A DNA stretch of 64,000 nt from Tubiluchus corallicola (Eukaryota; Animalia; Priapulida), in NCBI GenBank assembly GCA_030141605.1, contig JAQGDQ010000039.1, positions 186,001 through 250,000 of the forward strand. Direction: 5' to 3'. The position numbers and the translations under genes are program-made. Numbering within the stretch: the first letter of the stretch is position 1; each line of letters opens with the position of its first letter. A model generated the notes under the pieces. It was not told where the DNA came from. It saw only the letters and a program-made list of their open reading frames with translations, and did no database searches. Of the stretch, positions 15,001 through 28,336 are shown piece after piece.

Positions 15001-15538
15001 TACTAATCAACTTTTCACAGTAAATTAATTGTACTTAATTTCTGGTGGCCTCTCACCTGGCGAAGGCCACCGGGTTCCATGCCTTAATCCGGCACTGATT
15101 TTACTAAATTTAGGTTTAGGTTTTTTAAACATTTGCCCTTCACCTAAGAGTAATATCATAAAATTGGTTTCTTAAACATGTACCAAGCAGGCTTTAAAGA
15201 TTGTACATCTCTTTAGCCTTTAACTTTTAACTTTTATTGCACTAAATTTTTATTATAGCTATAACAGTTTTCCACACTCAATTTTATAGGTTTTTGAGTA
15301 TTAGTAAATGAAGTTAGAAAAAGTAAAGACATGAAGAAATGCTGAACCACAAGAAAACATGTATAATTGCTGTAGCTCCTCTCGTTTCAATGATTTTGAG
15401 TCAATTAAATTTTTATTGCACTAGGTAAAAGTTAAAAAAATTAGTTCTAAGCGTTCATATAGTTATCCCCATCTTTTATAGTATAACTGAACAGCGAAGT
15501 ACCACTCGCTACTTTTGTACGTGAAAAATGAATCTTAC

Positions 15539-15843
15539 CTTAGTACCAAGGAGGACTATCAAAGCTAATGTCCAAATCACAGCGAATGCTAGGATATCCG
15601 GATGTGGAGCAAACCAATGAATTCGGATTTCTGCAAACGCTAAAGTCTTGCTAATTGTTTCATTAAGCATCACATCCAGATGTTGACTCCAAGCCTTGCC
15701 CAGAGCTGCCACGCCCAGTATGCTGTCCAGAAGTAGGGTCCATCCAACAATAAATGCAGCCAGTTCTCCCAGGACAACGTAGGTGAAGATGTAGGCGCTA
15801 CCAGCTTTTGGAATACGAGCAGCAAACTCTGCGTAGCACAAGG
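15539..15843 (-). CDS. CAT-family transporter coding exon 3 (ALCYAEFAARIPKAGSAY...LIVLLGTK)
   Basis: cactag| acceptor and AAG|gtaaga donor; 305 nt; hallmark CYAEF.AR.PKAGSAY and GE..AF..GW. Confidence 0.97.
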
Positions 15844-18800
15844 CTAGTGAAAGCAAGATGAAGATTTAAAAATGATAAATATAGTGAAATATTTGTTGCA
15901 CCACTCATTATAAAAATAAGTTTATTGACAAACAACGCAATACAATGCACATAAAAAATCACACATCACTCAAACCATTACCACACTTGGGTATAATTGC
16001 CTCATCGAAACAGTAAAAGAAACATTAGAGGTTAAACAGTTTGCAATATTTACAAAAGTAATATAATTACAATAATGAGCTTTTGCTATTAACAGAATAT
16101 GATTTTCTGTGATCAAGATTTTATTTTCCTTCTTTGAAAACAGTCTCTAATATAATTTGAAATTATGTCTATTAACAAACTATGTCTTAAATCAATTTAA
16201 CAGTTACACTCAAGAATTAAAAGCTTTTCGTTTTCAATTTTTTATCTTTACAAATAAAAATGGCGTAGTCTGTTGTTAATTGGGACTTTCGGTTTGGTGC
16301 GTCGGCGTTTTTAGGGAATGTGCTCTTGGAAAAACTGCAAATCTGTACAGGCTAACGTTGATTATTAAGTAGCTTGCAATTAATTTTGTTCCGTATTGTT
16401 ATTACCACGTGCTAAAATATTTATATTTACCTCACGTAATTTGCTTATTAGCGCTAAACAGTGATACTTCAACTGACGGTAATCACATCTTGCCATTTTG
16501 TGAACATCAAATTTTCATGTTGATATATTGTAAAGCAAAGAATAATTGTTTGTTGCTCTGTAGCTTGTTAGCTAGAAACTTAAAGCACAAGAAAACGCTC
16601 TTCATTCGTAAAGCTCAAAAATGAGTCTTGAAATTTTATATCTCTTACATGCTGTCTTAGTGCCTACAGGGCTTGCGTTAGCAGTAACATTGTACGAAAT
16701 TTGTAATTTAAATTCCGGGATGACCATTAGGCACAATCATTTAACGGTAAGTCATTTGAAACAAGTTTAGATAATATTGCGTAAAGTTTAAAAAACGGAG
16801 CATTCATAACACACTCGTTGTTAACTAAGGAAAAGTTTAAATTGCTTTATATTGTCAATAAGATCAATAATATGTTTTCTGGTGAATCAATGATGCACTC
16901 TGGGATGGCGATGCAGTGCCGATCGCGAATATTTTAATTCATTAAAAAGAATTTCCAATTACACAAGTCTTTCAAATAGGTAATTAACATAACTTTGTGT
17001 GGAATGTTCCTTGGGATGCACTTCAAAATCCCCTTTTCTTCACCTTCAAACGATTTATTGGTTTGATGGTTTACCACGTGCAAAGTGTAGAACTAGTGGT
17101 TCATCAATTCTGTTGTGCAATTGTCATTGTACAGTAAGATGTTTGTTGTGTTTGGACATTATGATAGACTACTAGTCGTTAAAGATGTTTGTCCTGTTTG
17201 TGACATTATGACTTATGACAGAATGTATTCAAATTTTTGTTTATAAGGCATAAATTAGGCTTAAGCTAATCAGGTAAAAAGACAGGAAGTGATGAGAGAT
17301 TTCAATGTCAATTTACTACATTCACTTAATTAAATTATTCTAGCTTTTTTAGGTGATTGATTTCTGCTGCTGTTTCTAATGCAGATATTCAGAATTGTTC
17401 TGAACCCAAAACTAATCAAATTATTGATATTTTATTTATTAGTAATTAACTGACAAAACCATTAATATTATTTACAGTTTATGAGTTGCTTACTGGTTAT
17501 GTCAAAAGAATTCTATAGCTGACCATAACTTTAGTTATAGAGGTCTCTAGCTAAACTAAACAAATTCTGGTGTTTTAGTAAAATTTTTTTGAAACTTCTT
17601 AACTAGCCTTCAAGACGGACAGATATTTCATATTTTTCAAATACGTAAGACTGAACAATTTTCTTTATTCAGTGCTGAATTAAAGACATAATTAAACCAC
17701 ATGCTTGTATGTATTTAGCATGTAAGTGCTCTAGCGAACACTTTTTTGTCCTCATCCTAATTTGTTTTGCTTATAAAATTGTCTTGGCCCGGGATCATAA
17801 ACTAAAATTACGCAAACAATCCAAGCACCGCAAATGGAATTAATCATAATAAAACGCTGGAAGCGCGATTGCCATTTGTTTTATTATGATGGCTTTCTGG
17901 GAATAGTTTTGCCAATAACTTCTGCAAATTGCTGCGTGTTAACATTGAATTTTCTTTTAATTGTATGTGCTGTGTTTGTGTGTGTGTGCGGGCGGGGGGT
18001 GGGGGTGGGCAGATTGTTCTATCGCATTGAGCAAACAATTGTTTATTTTCACGCATTTTGCCATGAAAATATAAAAACGCGATTATGTTAAAAACAGCAA
18101 GGCATTATTAAGCTTTAACAAGCAAAAAAACTAACAAATAACAACTGATTTCGAGTTTAACACAATGCAAATTTACGATACTGCATCAAATAGAAAAACA
18201 ATTGTTTTTTAAGATCCAATGATTAAAATTAATGATCTTCAGTGTAACTAGGCCAACTAGGCGACTAGGCTTGTCTCTCTAAGTATAGAGGCAGACAAAT
18301 TATTAATAGTAAATTTTGATGACGCTGATATCTCAGGATTTGATCTTTGATTATTGAACTTTTTTTACCTCGGGCTTTCGGGGTCACATGCCCTAAAAAA
18401 ATACAGAACTGACAATTAAAATCCAAATGTTATTATAGACGGAAAACCAACAAAAATTGCATTTTGTTACGACAAGAACCGTAATATGTAGTATTTTACT
18501 ACATATCGTAGTCGTTTAGGCATTGTGCCCCATTTAAAAGGCAGAAGTTAGTCTCTGCTATTATTGCTCTTACCTAGCACAGCACGTAGTGGAGAATACT
18601 GCTGCAGTGTACACATAAATTATACAGTTGCTCTGACGTTAGCTTGTACATGTATAAAACTATTGTGTAAAAAGCGAATAACCGTGTGACGTAGCGGAAT
18701 AAAGTAACTGACATGGATCTGTCTCTCATCTTGGGCTGACACCTGCACTCCAAGGTGATGTTAGGGTCATCCATCCATGGCTTTAACTGTGACCTTGTGT

Positions 18801-19683
18801 CTACATTTTCCAGTACAGAGAAATTTCCAGTACCGCCAAATTTGTACATGTTCACACGACCTTTTTAATTATTTTATTTTGAATGAATAGATGGTGGGGT
18901 GGACAATGGAGAAAAGGAGAGATGGAAGGTAAATCGACGAATAAAAAGACTATCACACAGAATAAACCATATTGCTCTTCGGGCGCTTGACTATATTAGC
19001 AATGATATATATATGTATATATATATATATATATATATTATATTAATTCTTTATTTGTCATGAAAATGGTTGACTAATTATAATAAAACTGAGTAAGCCT
19101 TAGCGTAATGTTAAAGTAACAACACTGTCCAAGACAAATGCGTCCAGTGCATACTAAAAAAAGTAAAGTGCAAAACTACCTAATTATATACAATAAATGG
19201 ACATATTTACAAACACCATATTAAAATATTTTTACAAAACAATATTACAGAAGTACATTAAATTTTAAATGATATATTTTACACTATATATACATTTGAC
19301 ATGACACAGATAACAGAAACATGCTTTACATTACATAAATTTCACTCATTACATTTACACTATTTATACATTTGACATTAAACAACTAGCATAACACGCA
19401 TTACATTACATTACATCAAATAAAGGGCTTAAAAGTGGGGCCCTTAATCTCAAAGAAAAGGACTCAAACAAGGGTCCGTCTTCTCAAATAAAAAGCCTCA
19501 AACAGAGATCCTTTATCTTAAATGAGCAGCGGCTTTGAAACTGGATTTTCAGACTTCTGGCCTCCTTTTTAAAGTTGAAATTATATTTTAAATTATACGA
19601 ATTATCTAGCATTGCAAGTAAAGGCCCCCCAAGCTTGAGGGGCCCTAGGCTGTATCCTACCCTAGCTTATCCACCCAGCCTAC

Positions 19684-19803
19684 CTGTCAATAGAGCTGAC
19701 ACGCCTGCAATCAGGAACGATAAAGAAGCTGAAGGGCCAGCATAGTCCCTAGCAACGTGCGCCGAGAGAACGTATACACCTGTGCCCACTCCGCTTCCAA
19801 TAC
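19684..19803 (-). CDS. CAT-family transporter coding exon 2 (G-IGSGVGTGVYVLSAHVARDYAGPSASLSFLIAGVSALLT), TM1-TM2
   Basis: ttgcag| acceptor and |gtaggc donor; 120 nt; phase 1-1; TM1 GSxxGxG and AGPS motifs. Confidence 0.93.
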
Positions 19804-22797
19804 CTGCAAATAAAAGAACTGCGATTACTTATTGTTTATCATTTATTTAATCATCAGTTGCGTTTTCATGTTAAAAGTGTAATGATGTTTGATAAGACAA
19901 GATTAGGATTAGGATTATGATTAAGATTAGAATATGACAAGAAGGTTTTGAGACAGGGTTAATTACATTATTCCACTAACCTACGCCAAGTACACCATCC
20001 GTTTCCAAAAATTTAATATAGAAATATGACTCAGTGGTAGTTGCTTAATTTGAGTAAATAAATCATTTATATATTCAGATGGGGTCGTTTGGATGGAAAC
20101 CACTCAATATGAGTCATTTATTGTTTCAAACTAGATTACCTATAGACAGATTTTTCTAGTTCGTAAGTTACCGTGACTCACTAGAGCTACTCAATTTAAA
20201 CTCGTCAGAATTACAGAAAGTAAATGTTTTCCGAAATTACATGTAACGAGTAATTTTCCATACTTTTTTGAGTCACTTAATTAGAGCTTCAGTTTAGATG
20301 TCGTGAGCGCTACGCTTAATGCCAATAATGCTGGTAATGCCAAAGCGCTTCTGGTAACTAAATAATAGGTTAAAAATTTAACTAACGGCAGGCGAGCCCA
20401 GCTAGTGATGACATCACAACTGGACATGATTTCCAGCAGCACAAACATTCCATGAGCGTGTTTGCGAGAACAACATTCATTGTGATATACAAAAAATAGG
20501 CAAGTTTCAAATTTCAAATTCAAATTTCAGGTTTACCGTTGCGGTGACGCATGAACTCTCGTATGTGTGCACTACGTCAACTGAACACTTCTGAACTGAA
20601 AGATACAATGCCTGTTTTTGTGCAAAGTGTTTATAACATGAAGGCGCTCGTGCCTATCTAACTAGCGAATGGCGAAATGCACGTAACAGCGAAGAACTAG
20701 CTGGGCGAACGTGAAATTACGTTTCTTTGGTAATAATTCTTTCACGTAAGTCATTCTTGAAAAAGTAGTATGCTCCTTTTCAATATTTTACAGGGTAGAT
20801 TGTTTTGAGTTATAGCTTAAGTTGAGGACCGGTTTCCTTTAATCAGTTTTAGTTTCAGTGTTGAGTTTTATCTGTGCTTGTTTGTTGAATAACATCTTCG
20901 CGTAGTTTAAAAATTTATGATAATTGTCTGCTTTCCTTTGCCTACACCGCAAGGGTTAAAATTAATGACGTTGAGAGACGTTATAAATGAGAAATTTCCC
21001 CATCAACGCTATCGCGCTTGTTTCCCAATGAATTTTGAATACCCTACCCATAAACTGAGGGGACATTTCATTACTTTCTTATAATAATTTAGTCGCAGTT
21101 ATAGGTTATAGGTGCAGTAGTGTTTGTGGGCTAAGCACGTGCAACAGACGAATGTTCGCATTGTTATTAAAGTTTAGCAGCACCGAGCTCGGTAAGGAAA
21201 TTGATGGGTGATTTTTAAGAAAATTTCTAATAGGCAACTTTATCTTTCCCAGGTATTTACCTCGTCGAAGGTAAGTGTATGCACATCCGAACTCTGTTAA
21301 GACACTGTAAAGTGTCTCACTTTACAGGATGATCTTTGATCGCGAGCTTGTTTCCGGTACTGCTATAATCATCTGTATAACGTAGACCTAACAACTGCTT
21401 ATAAAAAAGTCCAGCTGGGCCTAAATGACAGCGCATCTTTTATTTGTGAAAGCAAAAACTATTAAAATTTTAAAACTTTAAAATTTAAAAATTGTTAGAG
21501 AACTTAAAAATTTGTTAATAAATCCAATTAATCGAGAAAAGTGGACAGATATGTGTAATAATTACAGCATTTAACCTCGTTTTTAGCAACACAATGCTTT
21601 TCTACTAATTCCACGCAAATGATTGGCTGAAACATTGATATCTTTATTTGAATGAATTCTCTGTATAGTTACAGTACACATAATGTATGAGTATTTTATA
21701 GTTACTTAAAATAGTTATAGTAACATTGTGACTGAAATACTTTCAGTCACGTTGCCAGTCCTGCGTAGGGTAATATTCATGTCCGTCTTAAAAATAATTA
21801 GACAGACAAACAAAATCTGTGGAACAGTGGAATCAACAAGTATTGACACCCACAACATGGCTGGTCTTTTATCATCTAAACCCGTCTCAATTTTAGTTTC
21901 TTTTTTGAACGAGATAATTTACCACATTATATCCTTGAGATAATCTTGCTGTAATTGAATTTTGTAATCCACTTGTTCTGATGACTTCTTCTGCTCAGCT
22001 TCCTTGCAAGAGGCGAAAAAATGTATCATTTGTTGAAGGCACAGTTGCCATGACTACAAAGACATTTTCTTGTTGTCGCCTACGCTTTTTTTTAGATAGT
22101 AGCTTGCAGTGAAAGGAATGGCTCATTCGCCAAAGTAACCCAAAACCATTTGACCGAGACTGTTAAGGAAGCTAGCTTTCCAGGTGAAATGTCTTATGTG
22201 TAGGAAAGCTATTGATCCATGGTTCTCTAAGCTTGTCCCCCCGCCCGCCCGCCCGCCCCATTTTTGTCATTCATTGGCACAATAATGACAACATTATTTT
22301 GCCGAACAGTTGTAAATCATCACTTAATTTACTATAGATAAATGATAACATACAAAACACTGTGTTTGTCAAAGTGAGAAAAATAACTGTGCATTTTAAA
22401 TAAATCAACACGCTCAATTTTCTCACTTTGGTAAGCAGAACAGTTACTGTGTTATCATAATTTATCTTCCGTAAATTAAGAAGTAATTCACAGCAGTTCA
22501 ACAAATGTATCAACTCATTCTACGGATAGCATAAACAATTAGATTAACTTTATCAAAAGTAATGTTATGTTCGACTTTTTTTGGAAATCATGTCATATTT
22601 TATTACCGGTACAAAAATTCTCAAGCCTGATTACGAGTTAGGCAGTTGCAAATAAATTTACAGAGGATTACATGAGCAGTTTATATGCTAGTTTTTGTTA
22701 ACAGTTACTTCTTATGTTAAAGCAAAAACAGCATGGCCTAAAAATTCGAGCAAAGAGTAATTAGACGAACTGACTTGTGACAGGGAAAACGAATTCT

Positions 22798-23148
22798 TAA
22801 AATAAAAATGACAGCCAGCACCCATTTAAGAAAAGACATGGCTTTTATTCAGATACAGCTTTTGCAATATTTGGACACAGTTTAAGGTTATGTTCACCTA
22901 ACAATCCACCTAAATAAAAATACAGTGAGGAAATATATACAAACATCATCACTGAGATAATCAAACAATACAATACTAAATAGTAAACTTACATATCGTG
23001 TTATACAAAGCCAAAAGACAGAATCATACAGTTATTTAGGTGATTGTTGTGAACGTAACCTGCAACCATGTACAAAAGTTGCAGATGTTGTGTCTGAATA
23101 AAAGCCATGTATTTTCTTAAGTGGGTGCTGGCTGTCATTTTTATTTTA
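22798..23148. mobile_element. Fold-back element with ~120-bp inverted repeats
   Basis: 22798-22917 is the diverged reverse complement of 23032-23148 (aaaatgacagccagcaccca / tgggtgctggctgtcatttt). Confidence 0.8.
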
Positions 23149-23749
23149 GTAATTAGACGAGTTTGCTTTATACCATGGTGCGTCAATATTTGTAGCTTAG
23201 ATAAATAAATTTTGGATTTTAAATTTATTACGCATTAACACAATATCAATGTTGTCTACAGAAGTTAAAATTCTACATAAAATGGCTCATTACAGTACTG
23301 AAAGACAAACTTTTACAGTTGCCTAGATCACAGCATATAGGCTGTTTCTTTGAAGACCTACAATTGTCCTTTGTCTCAAAGCCATATTTTTATTTGATAT
23401 GACGTTTATGGCGACTGTAATAGACCAAATTGCGTTACAGAGAGAAGTTATACGAACAGAATGTGCGACATTGATGTACGTTTATTGCGCTATTTCGGGA
23501 TTTGCGCGCTTTCGTTTAAATACTATGCGAATTTGGAAAATGCGAACATCTGCTCGCTTCTACAAGAAAAAGCGATCGACAAAGAACGCACAATATAAGG
23601 AAAAGCAGTTTGAAATAAGTTTAAGAGTAAAACAAGTCAATTCAATTGGTCAGAATGAAAGGTAAGAAAACCATGTGTAAGTCTCCTAAGGCTCTTAATC
23701 GTAAATCAAACTTCAAGATTAGCAAATCAGAATATCGAATAGACTAGTG

Positions 23750-23965
23750 GGCTAAAGTTTACAATTCCCCACGCACAAGAAATTTGTTCGTGAAGCGGAT
23801 TAGGATTAGCGTTAGGATTAGGATTTGTGTTAGGATTAGGATTACTGTTAGGATTAGGATTACTGTTAAGATTAGGATTAGGGTTAGGTTAGGGTTGGGG
23901 ATAGGGTTAGGAATAGGGTTAGTGTTAGGCTTAGGTTTAGGGATCGAGTTAGAGTTATGGTTACT
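23750..23965 (+). repeat. Dispersed element containing a degenerate (TTAGGA/TTAGGG)n tract
   Basis: Telomere-like hexamers at 23800-23960, preceded by ggctaaagtttacaattcccc..cacaagaaa, which is shared with 48095. Confidence 0.8.
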
Positions 23966-24904
23966 GATGACGGTAAACACCATTTACTAGTCAAACATCA
24001 CGTCACTTAACTTCTAAAACGAGGTTCCGACTTGAAACGAAAAGCCCGCGGAACTTTGTATCTATGCTAAAAAGATTTATAAGTTTTAAGAAGAAGCAGC
24101 AGGCCGCCGAAGAGCTACGTTAATTACAGAGTGGGATCAAATTCCTGGGATAGTGTATTTAGTGTCTTTTTGTAGCCTGAGCATAAATACGCTTCGTGCT
24201 GATCACGCCAAATTTCAGAGGTAAATATTTGGCACAAACATAGATCGGCACTCGGTCAGCTAGATGTCTAGTTTAGGACATGCTCACCGGAAAAGTTCTG
24301 AAGTAGAGCCGCCGCCATTTCCTGTAATACGGAGGTCTGAGTAATTGCAGTTAACACACTTCATTAGCACGTTTCAAGCGGTGGCATTTGAGGTACCTTT
24401 GAATCTGCATGGACGATTAACAAGCTAAAGGATTTTTGTAAACATTCAGTCATCGTTGAAACATTATTAGATAAAAAATGATAAAATGTTTACAAAAATC
24501 CAATTCACTGCACATCCTTTCTTTAAGCTTCTTCCTCCTAAGAGGAAACTGAAAACTAAGAGCTAGGAAATGTATATATTCTAGATCACAGTTGAAAGAG
24601 CATTGTAAAGTTTTGTTCATAGATTTATCTTTAAAATCGATTATCATTAATTTTTAAATACATGGTTTTACCACATTGTTACCGGCAATTTTAAATATAA
24701 TGTAAGCATATAATTTAATTTTTTCTAATGTAAAGTAATTGTGACTTTTAAATGTAAACTGACTGTGACTACAGACATTAATTGGTAGGCAGTTAGATCC
24801 TCTCTGATCACAACTGAGGGAGTAGCAATCTTCCTTTCACGACAGTCTTTGAAGAGCCTTTCCGAAGCTTGAACAACATGCCTTTTAGTGTCGCAACTCT
24901 ATCA

Positions 24905-25047
24905 ACGTTCTCACAATTCTCAGGTTTGCGGCCTATCCTGTGAGACCTTTCAATATCCTGGACAGAAATAAATTGCAAAGACAGCACATTGTTGATATGC
25001 GAAATCACCACGTCGCTAGCGTCCTCGTCTTCCTCCTCTGGCAACAC
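24905..25047 (-). mobile_element. LINE ORF1 (L1-type RRM) fragment
   Basis: LPEEEDEDASDVVISHINNVLSLQFISVQDIERSHRIGRK matches the G.PE....D......DI.R.HR.G motif of LINE ORF1 proteins. Confidence 0.75.
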
Positions 25048-27880
25048 TTGTTGCTTAACTGCCCTTTTATCAGCAAAACCAAAATTATGTGGAGCTTGTC
25101 ATCTTGGAACAGGAGACATTATACTAATTTCTCCATTTCTTGTACTAATTTACTAACGTACTAACTAGAAAACTTTAAATGTTAACAAAATCTAATCAAA
25201 AATTGCTATAATTATATTCTTAAACATCATTATTTTCCTCTGGGTGGCCCCTTTAAGCAGCGGCTTCCTTGGTCTCCCTAAAACATACATATGCTAATGT
25301 TTTTTTATTTAATAAGTTGACAATCGCACATTATTGGTAATATCTTATCTATTTTGTGTAGAAAATCATCTGTTATGTGTGTTATAAACAGTTAGTTGTG
25401 TTAACTCAAATAAATTGAACTTGAATTAAATTGAAATTGAAATCAGTTGAGTAAGTTTCATATGACAATCTGATAAGCTTTGTCACAAGTCTCTGGCTTC
25501 CTCGAAGTCATCAGACTGCAATATCTTGCAATAGATTTTATAATTCTCACAATGGAAGACCATCTCATTGACTCAACATATTTGGTGCGATCCATGAGCT
25601 GGGTGAACCAATGAAAATGCTTCTAGAACCTATCTCCGGGAACGATGTCTTCCCAAATGTTTGCTACCAATATATAATTGCTTTCAGTTCAAGTCACAAA
25701 CAATCCACGAGTGAAAAATTGTTTTTTGCAGATTTTTTGCGCGCGCTCATTTGCACTCTGCAAGAGTTACGCCCCCTAGAGTTTGAGCTTCTGCCTGATT
25801 TACAATACCGTGAATTTAATGGGCTTCCATTAAATCAGACTCATAACCGCTGTTTATAAAAGCAGCGTTTCCTTCTGCACTTGAAGAGAGCACACAAACA
25901 CAATTATTCTGGTTAGAGCAGACGTGCTGAAAATTTCTAACTATCCACCAGGGTTCCCGACTGTGTGTTACTTTCACTTAAGCACCCTCTAGCCTTGACC
26001 CATCCAAACTTGAACTTTATGAGATTGAAGGAGTTCAAATCCAAATCCGCGCGCACGTGAGTGTTTATCAGTTGATCATACCTGGACGAGTATCAGTGGT
26101 TTACTTTTGTCAAAAACTGTAGGTTATTACGCTTTATGTGACTGAGCAGTGTGCCCGGTGCTCGTGACACATTATTATGCCTTGCCAAGCGCGTTTACTC
26201 ACATGTAGTTGAGGAGTGCCCTGATGTCTGCTCTGCAAGTTTTGCGACATTAGCCTCTGCATTTGCAGATTGATCATGTATTAAAGTGAATTAATGTGAA
26301 CTCAAATACGTATGAGTTCATGTGAATTTAAAGTGAACACGAGGCATGACAAAAAAACAACGAAAGATAAGTGTATGGCTTCTCTCAGAATCCGCTGCTC
26401 CCTGATAAAAAACACTTAGAGAGTACTCACAGATGCTTCCACATCTATAATTGATGGACAGATATTCCACACCTGCTATTGCCTGACGTGCAGTGCGTCC
26501 TCTCATCACTTAAAATGTATACTTGCACGTGCAAGCGTGCTAAACATCTTTTTTTCGCCCCCTCAAAATCTTGTGAATTGTCATTTCAGTTCAGATCTGC
26601 CCTCTTTATTTTATTATATTCAACTCAGTTAAGTTTCTTGCTAGGTGTTCGTGAACAGTTTTGAAAAGCAATTTACCGAATTTAGACTTGCAGGAGCCTT
26701 AAGTATTGCTACTTGTTTCAAGTGTGCAGATATATTTGTTGCTTTCAAATTAAATATAAGCTGTAAGAGGCAAGTTCTCAGCCCTTGAGCGATACAAAGT
26801 TGTGCTGAAAGAAGCGAATTGTAGAATGGTCTGTTGAGAGCTGAGATGAGTATTTAGACGTCGAGTGATGACCATGAGCAACTAAGTGCTTTGTAAGATG
26901 ATTAGAAAAAAAATCATGGTCATTGTTTACATCATTACGCTTTACTTTATATAATTATTAATTGCAACAAATTCACCGTATTCGGTATATTAAGCTTGCA
27001 ATATAAAACTTAGTACTCCACAACGCTTACAAAACTCAATTAGAATTTCTGTTTCTAAAACAAACCGCAACATTTTCATTAATTATACCTTCTTGTTATT
27101 AAGAATTATCACCTTGTAAACCATTTCATTACATGCTAACAACGCTTCCATTATACATTTTCAGTTTTCAAGATTAACAGAAAAGAGCAAAATTTTCTGT
27201 AGATATAGAAATAGTTGTTAACACGACTTAGGCACGCAAACATTTAACCACATACCAGGAGCATAGTGTCATAACATAGATCTATATTGTAATTATAACG
27301 ATTTAAATTTCTAAAATAATGCATTCTAAACAAAAGTTAAAGAAACAACCACACAATTTCCCAAATGTTTCGATCGGCATCGTTCAGGCTAAACTTGTCA
27401 AAATTAAATTAATTTAATTCAGTACAATATATACGACCTACGTATTTTTTCTGATTTGATGTTAGCTATTTTGTTGTTTGGTCATTTTTTTGTACATTGT
27501 TTTGTTGTGCTGTACTGATGTGAAAATTAAATAAATTAAGTTAAATAAATAAATAAATAAATAAAAGGATAAAGATGTTGGTTTGGCATTCTAGAATAAT
27601 TAGAATTAGAATTAGAATTTCGTTTATTTTTCACCTATTAGTAAAAATACTAGTAAAATATTACGGTAGTGAATTAAAATAAAATATAAATATAACATTA
27701 TCATTAGTTTTTATTTACTACGTATAAGTGAAGGGGTGGCGTTATCTAGTCAGTCACCCAGCTGTGTTAACTATTACTACGAAAAGGGATAAATTTGCCA
27801 TAAAGTGAGATATAGTGGTTGGTATTTACACACAATAAACATACTGGAAGATTTCAGCTGTACTTTCTTGTCTGAGGACG

Positions 27881-28336
27881 TCACCCCAAACCTTCGCTCT
27901 GTCTTTTGTCAGCCTGTCACCCAGACAAGCAACTCAGTGCAAAAAGTTCGCCGTTATTCTTAGCCACGTGGCAGTCGCCATATTGCTCCATGTAGTCGCC
28001 TTTCTCGTAGAAATCCATTGCTCTCTTAACGATAATTTCCGAGTCGTCTTTCTTGTGGATACAGCACGTCCCAGAAAGTTTAAATGTGACGTCAACTGCC
28101 GAGCACCAATGCTGGTACCGCTTTAGAGGTTCTCCTTCCAAAAACTCGTCGAGGGAAGTGCAAACTATTCAGATTCCTCTTTTCACAAACTTTGGCGAGT
28201 TGGAAGGAGCTGTAAAGTGCACAACCTTGTCGTCACCACAGTAGATGCCGTGGTGAGCGTAAAGCGCGTTTCTCCAAACGTAACTATGATCGCCTGGTTC
28301 CAGTTCGCATCTTGCCACAGAATGAGACAAAGACAT
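27881..28336 (-). pseudogene. Intronless LRAT/NC-domain (permuted NlpC/P60) pseudogene nested in CAT intron 1
   Basis: Reads MSLSHSVARCELEPGDHSYVWRNALYAHHGIYCGDDKVVHFT...GI*IVCTSLDEFLEG...GTCC...IVKRA...KNNGELFALSCLSG*QADKRQSEGLG*. LxPGDH and HxGIYxGDxxVxHF motifs are present. In-frame TGA at 28171-28169 and 27919-27917; the catalytic NCE motif reads NGE. Confidence 0.9.

Noticed and set aside
27881-28336. Selenoprotein or readthrough reading of the in-frame TGAs in the LRAT-like gene
   Set aside because: The TGAs are not at the catalytic Cys position, that Cys is itself mutated to Gly, CGA-to-TGA decay explains them, and no SECIS was recognised by eye
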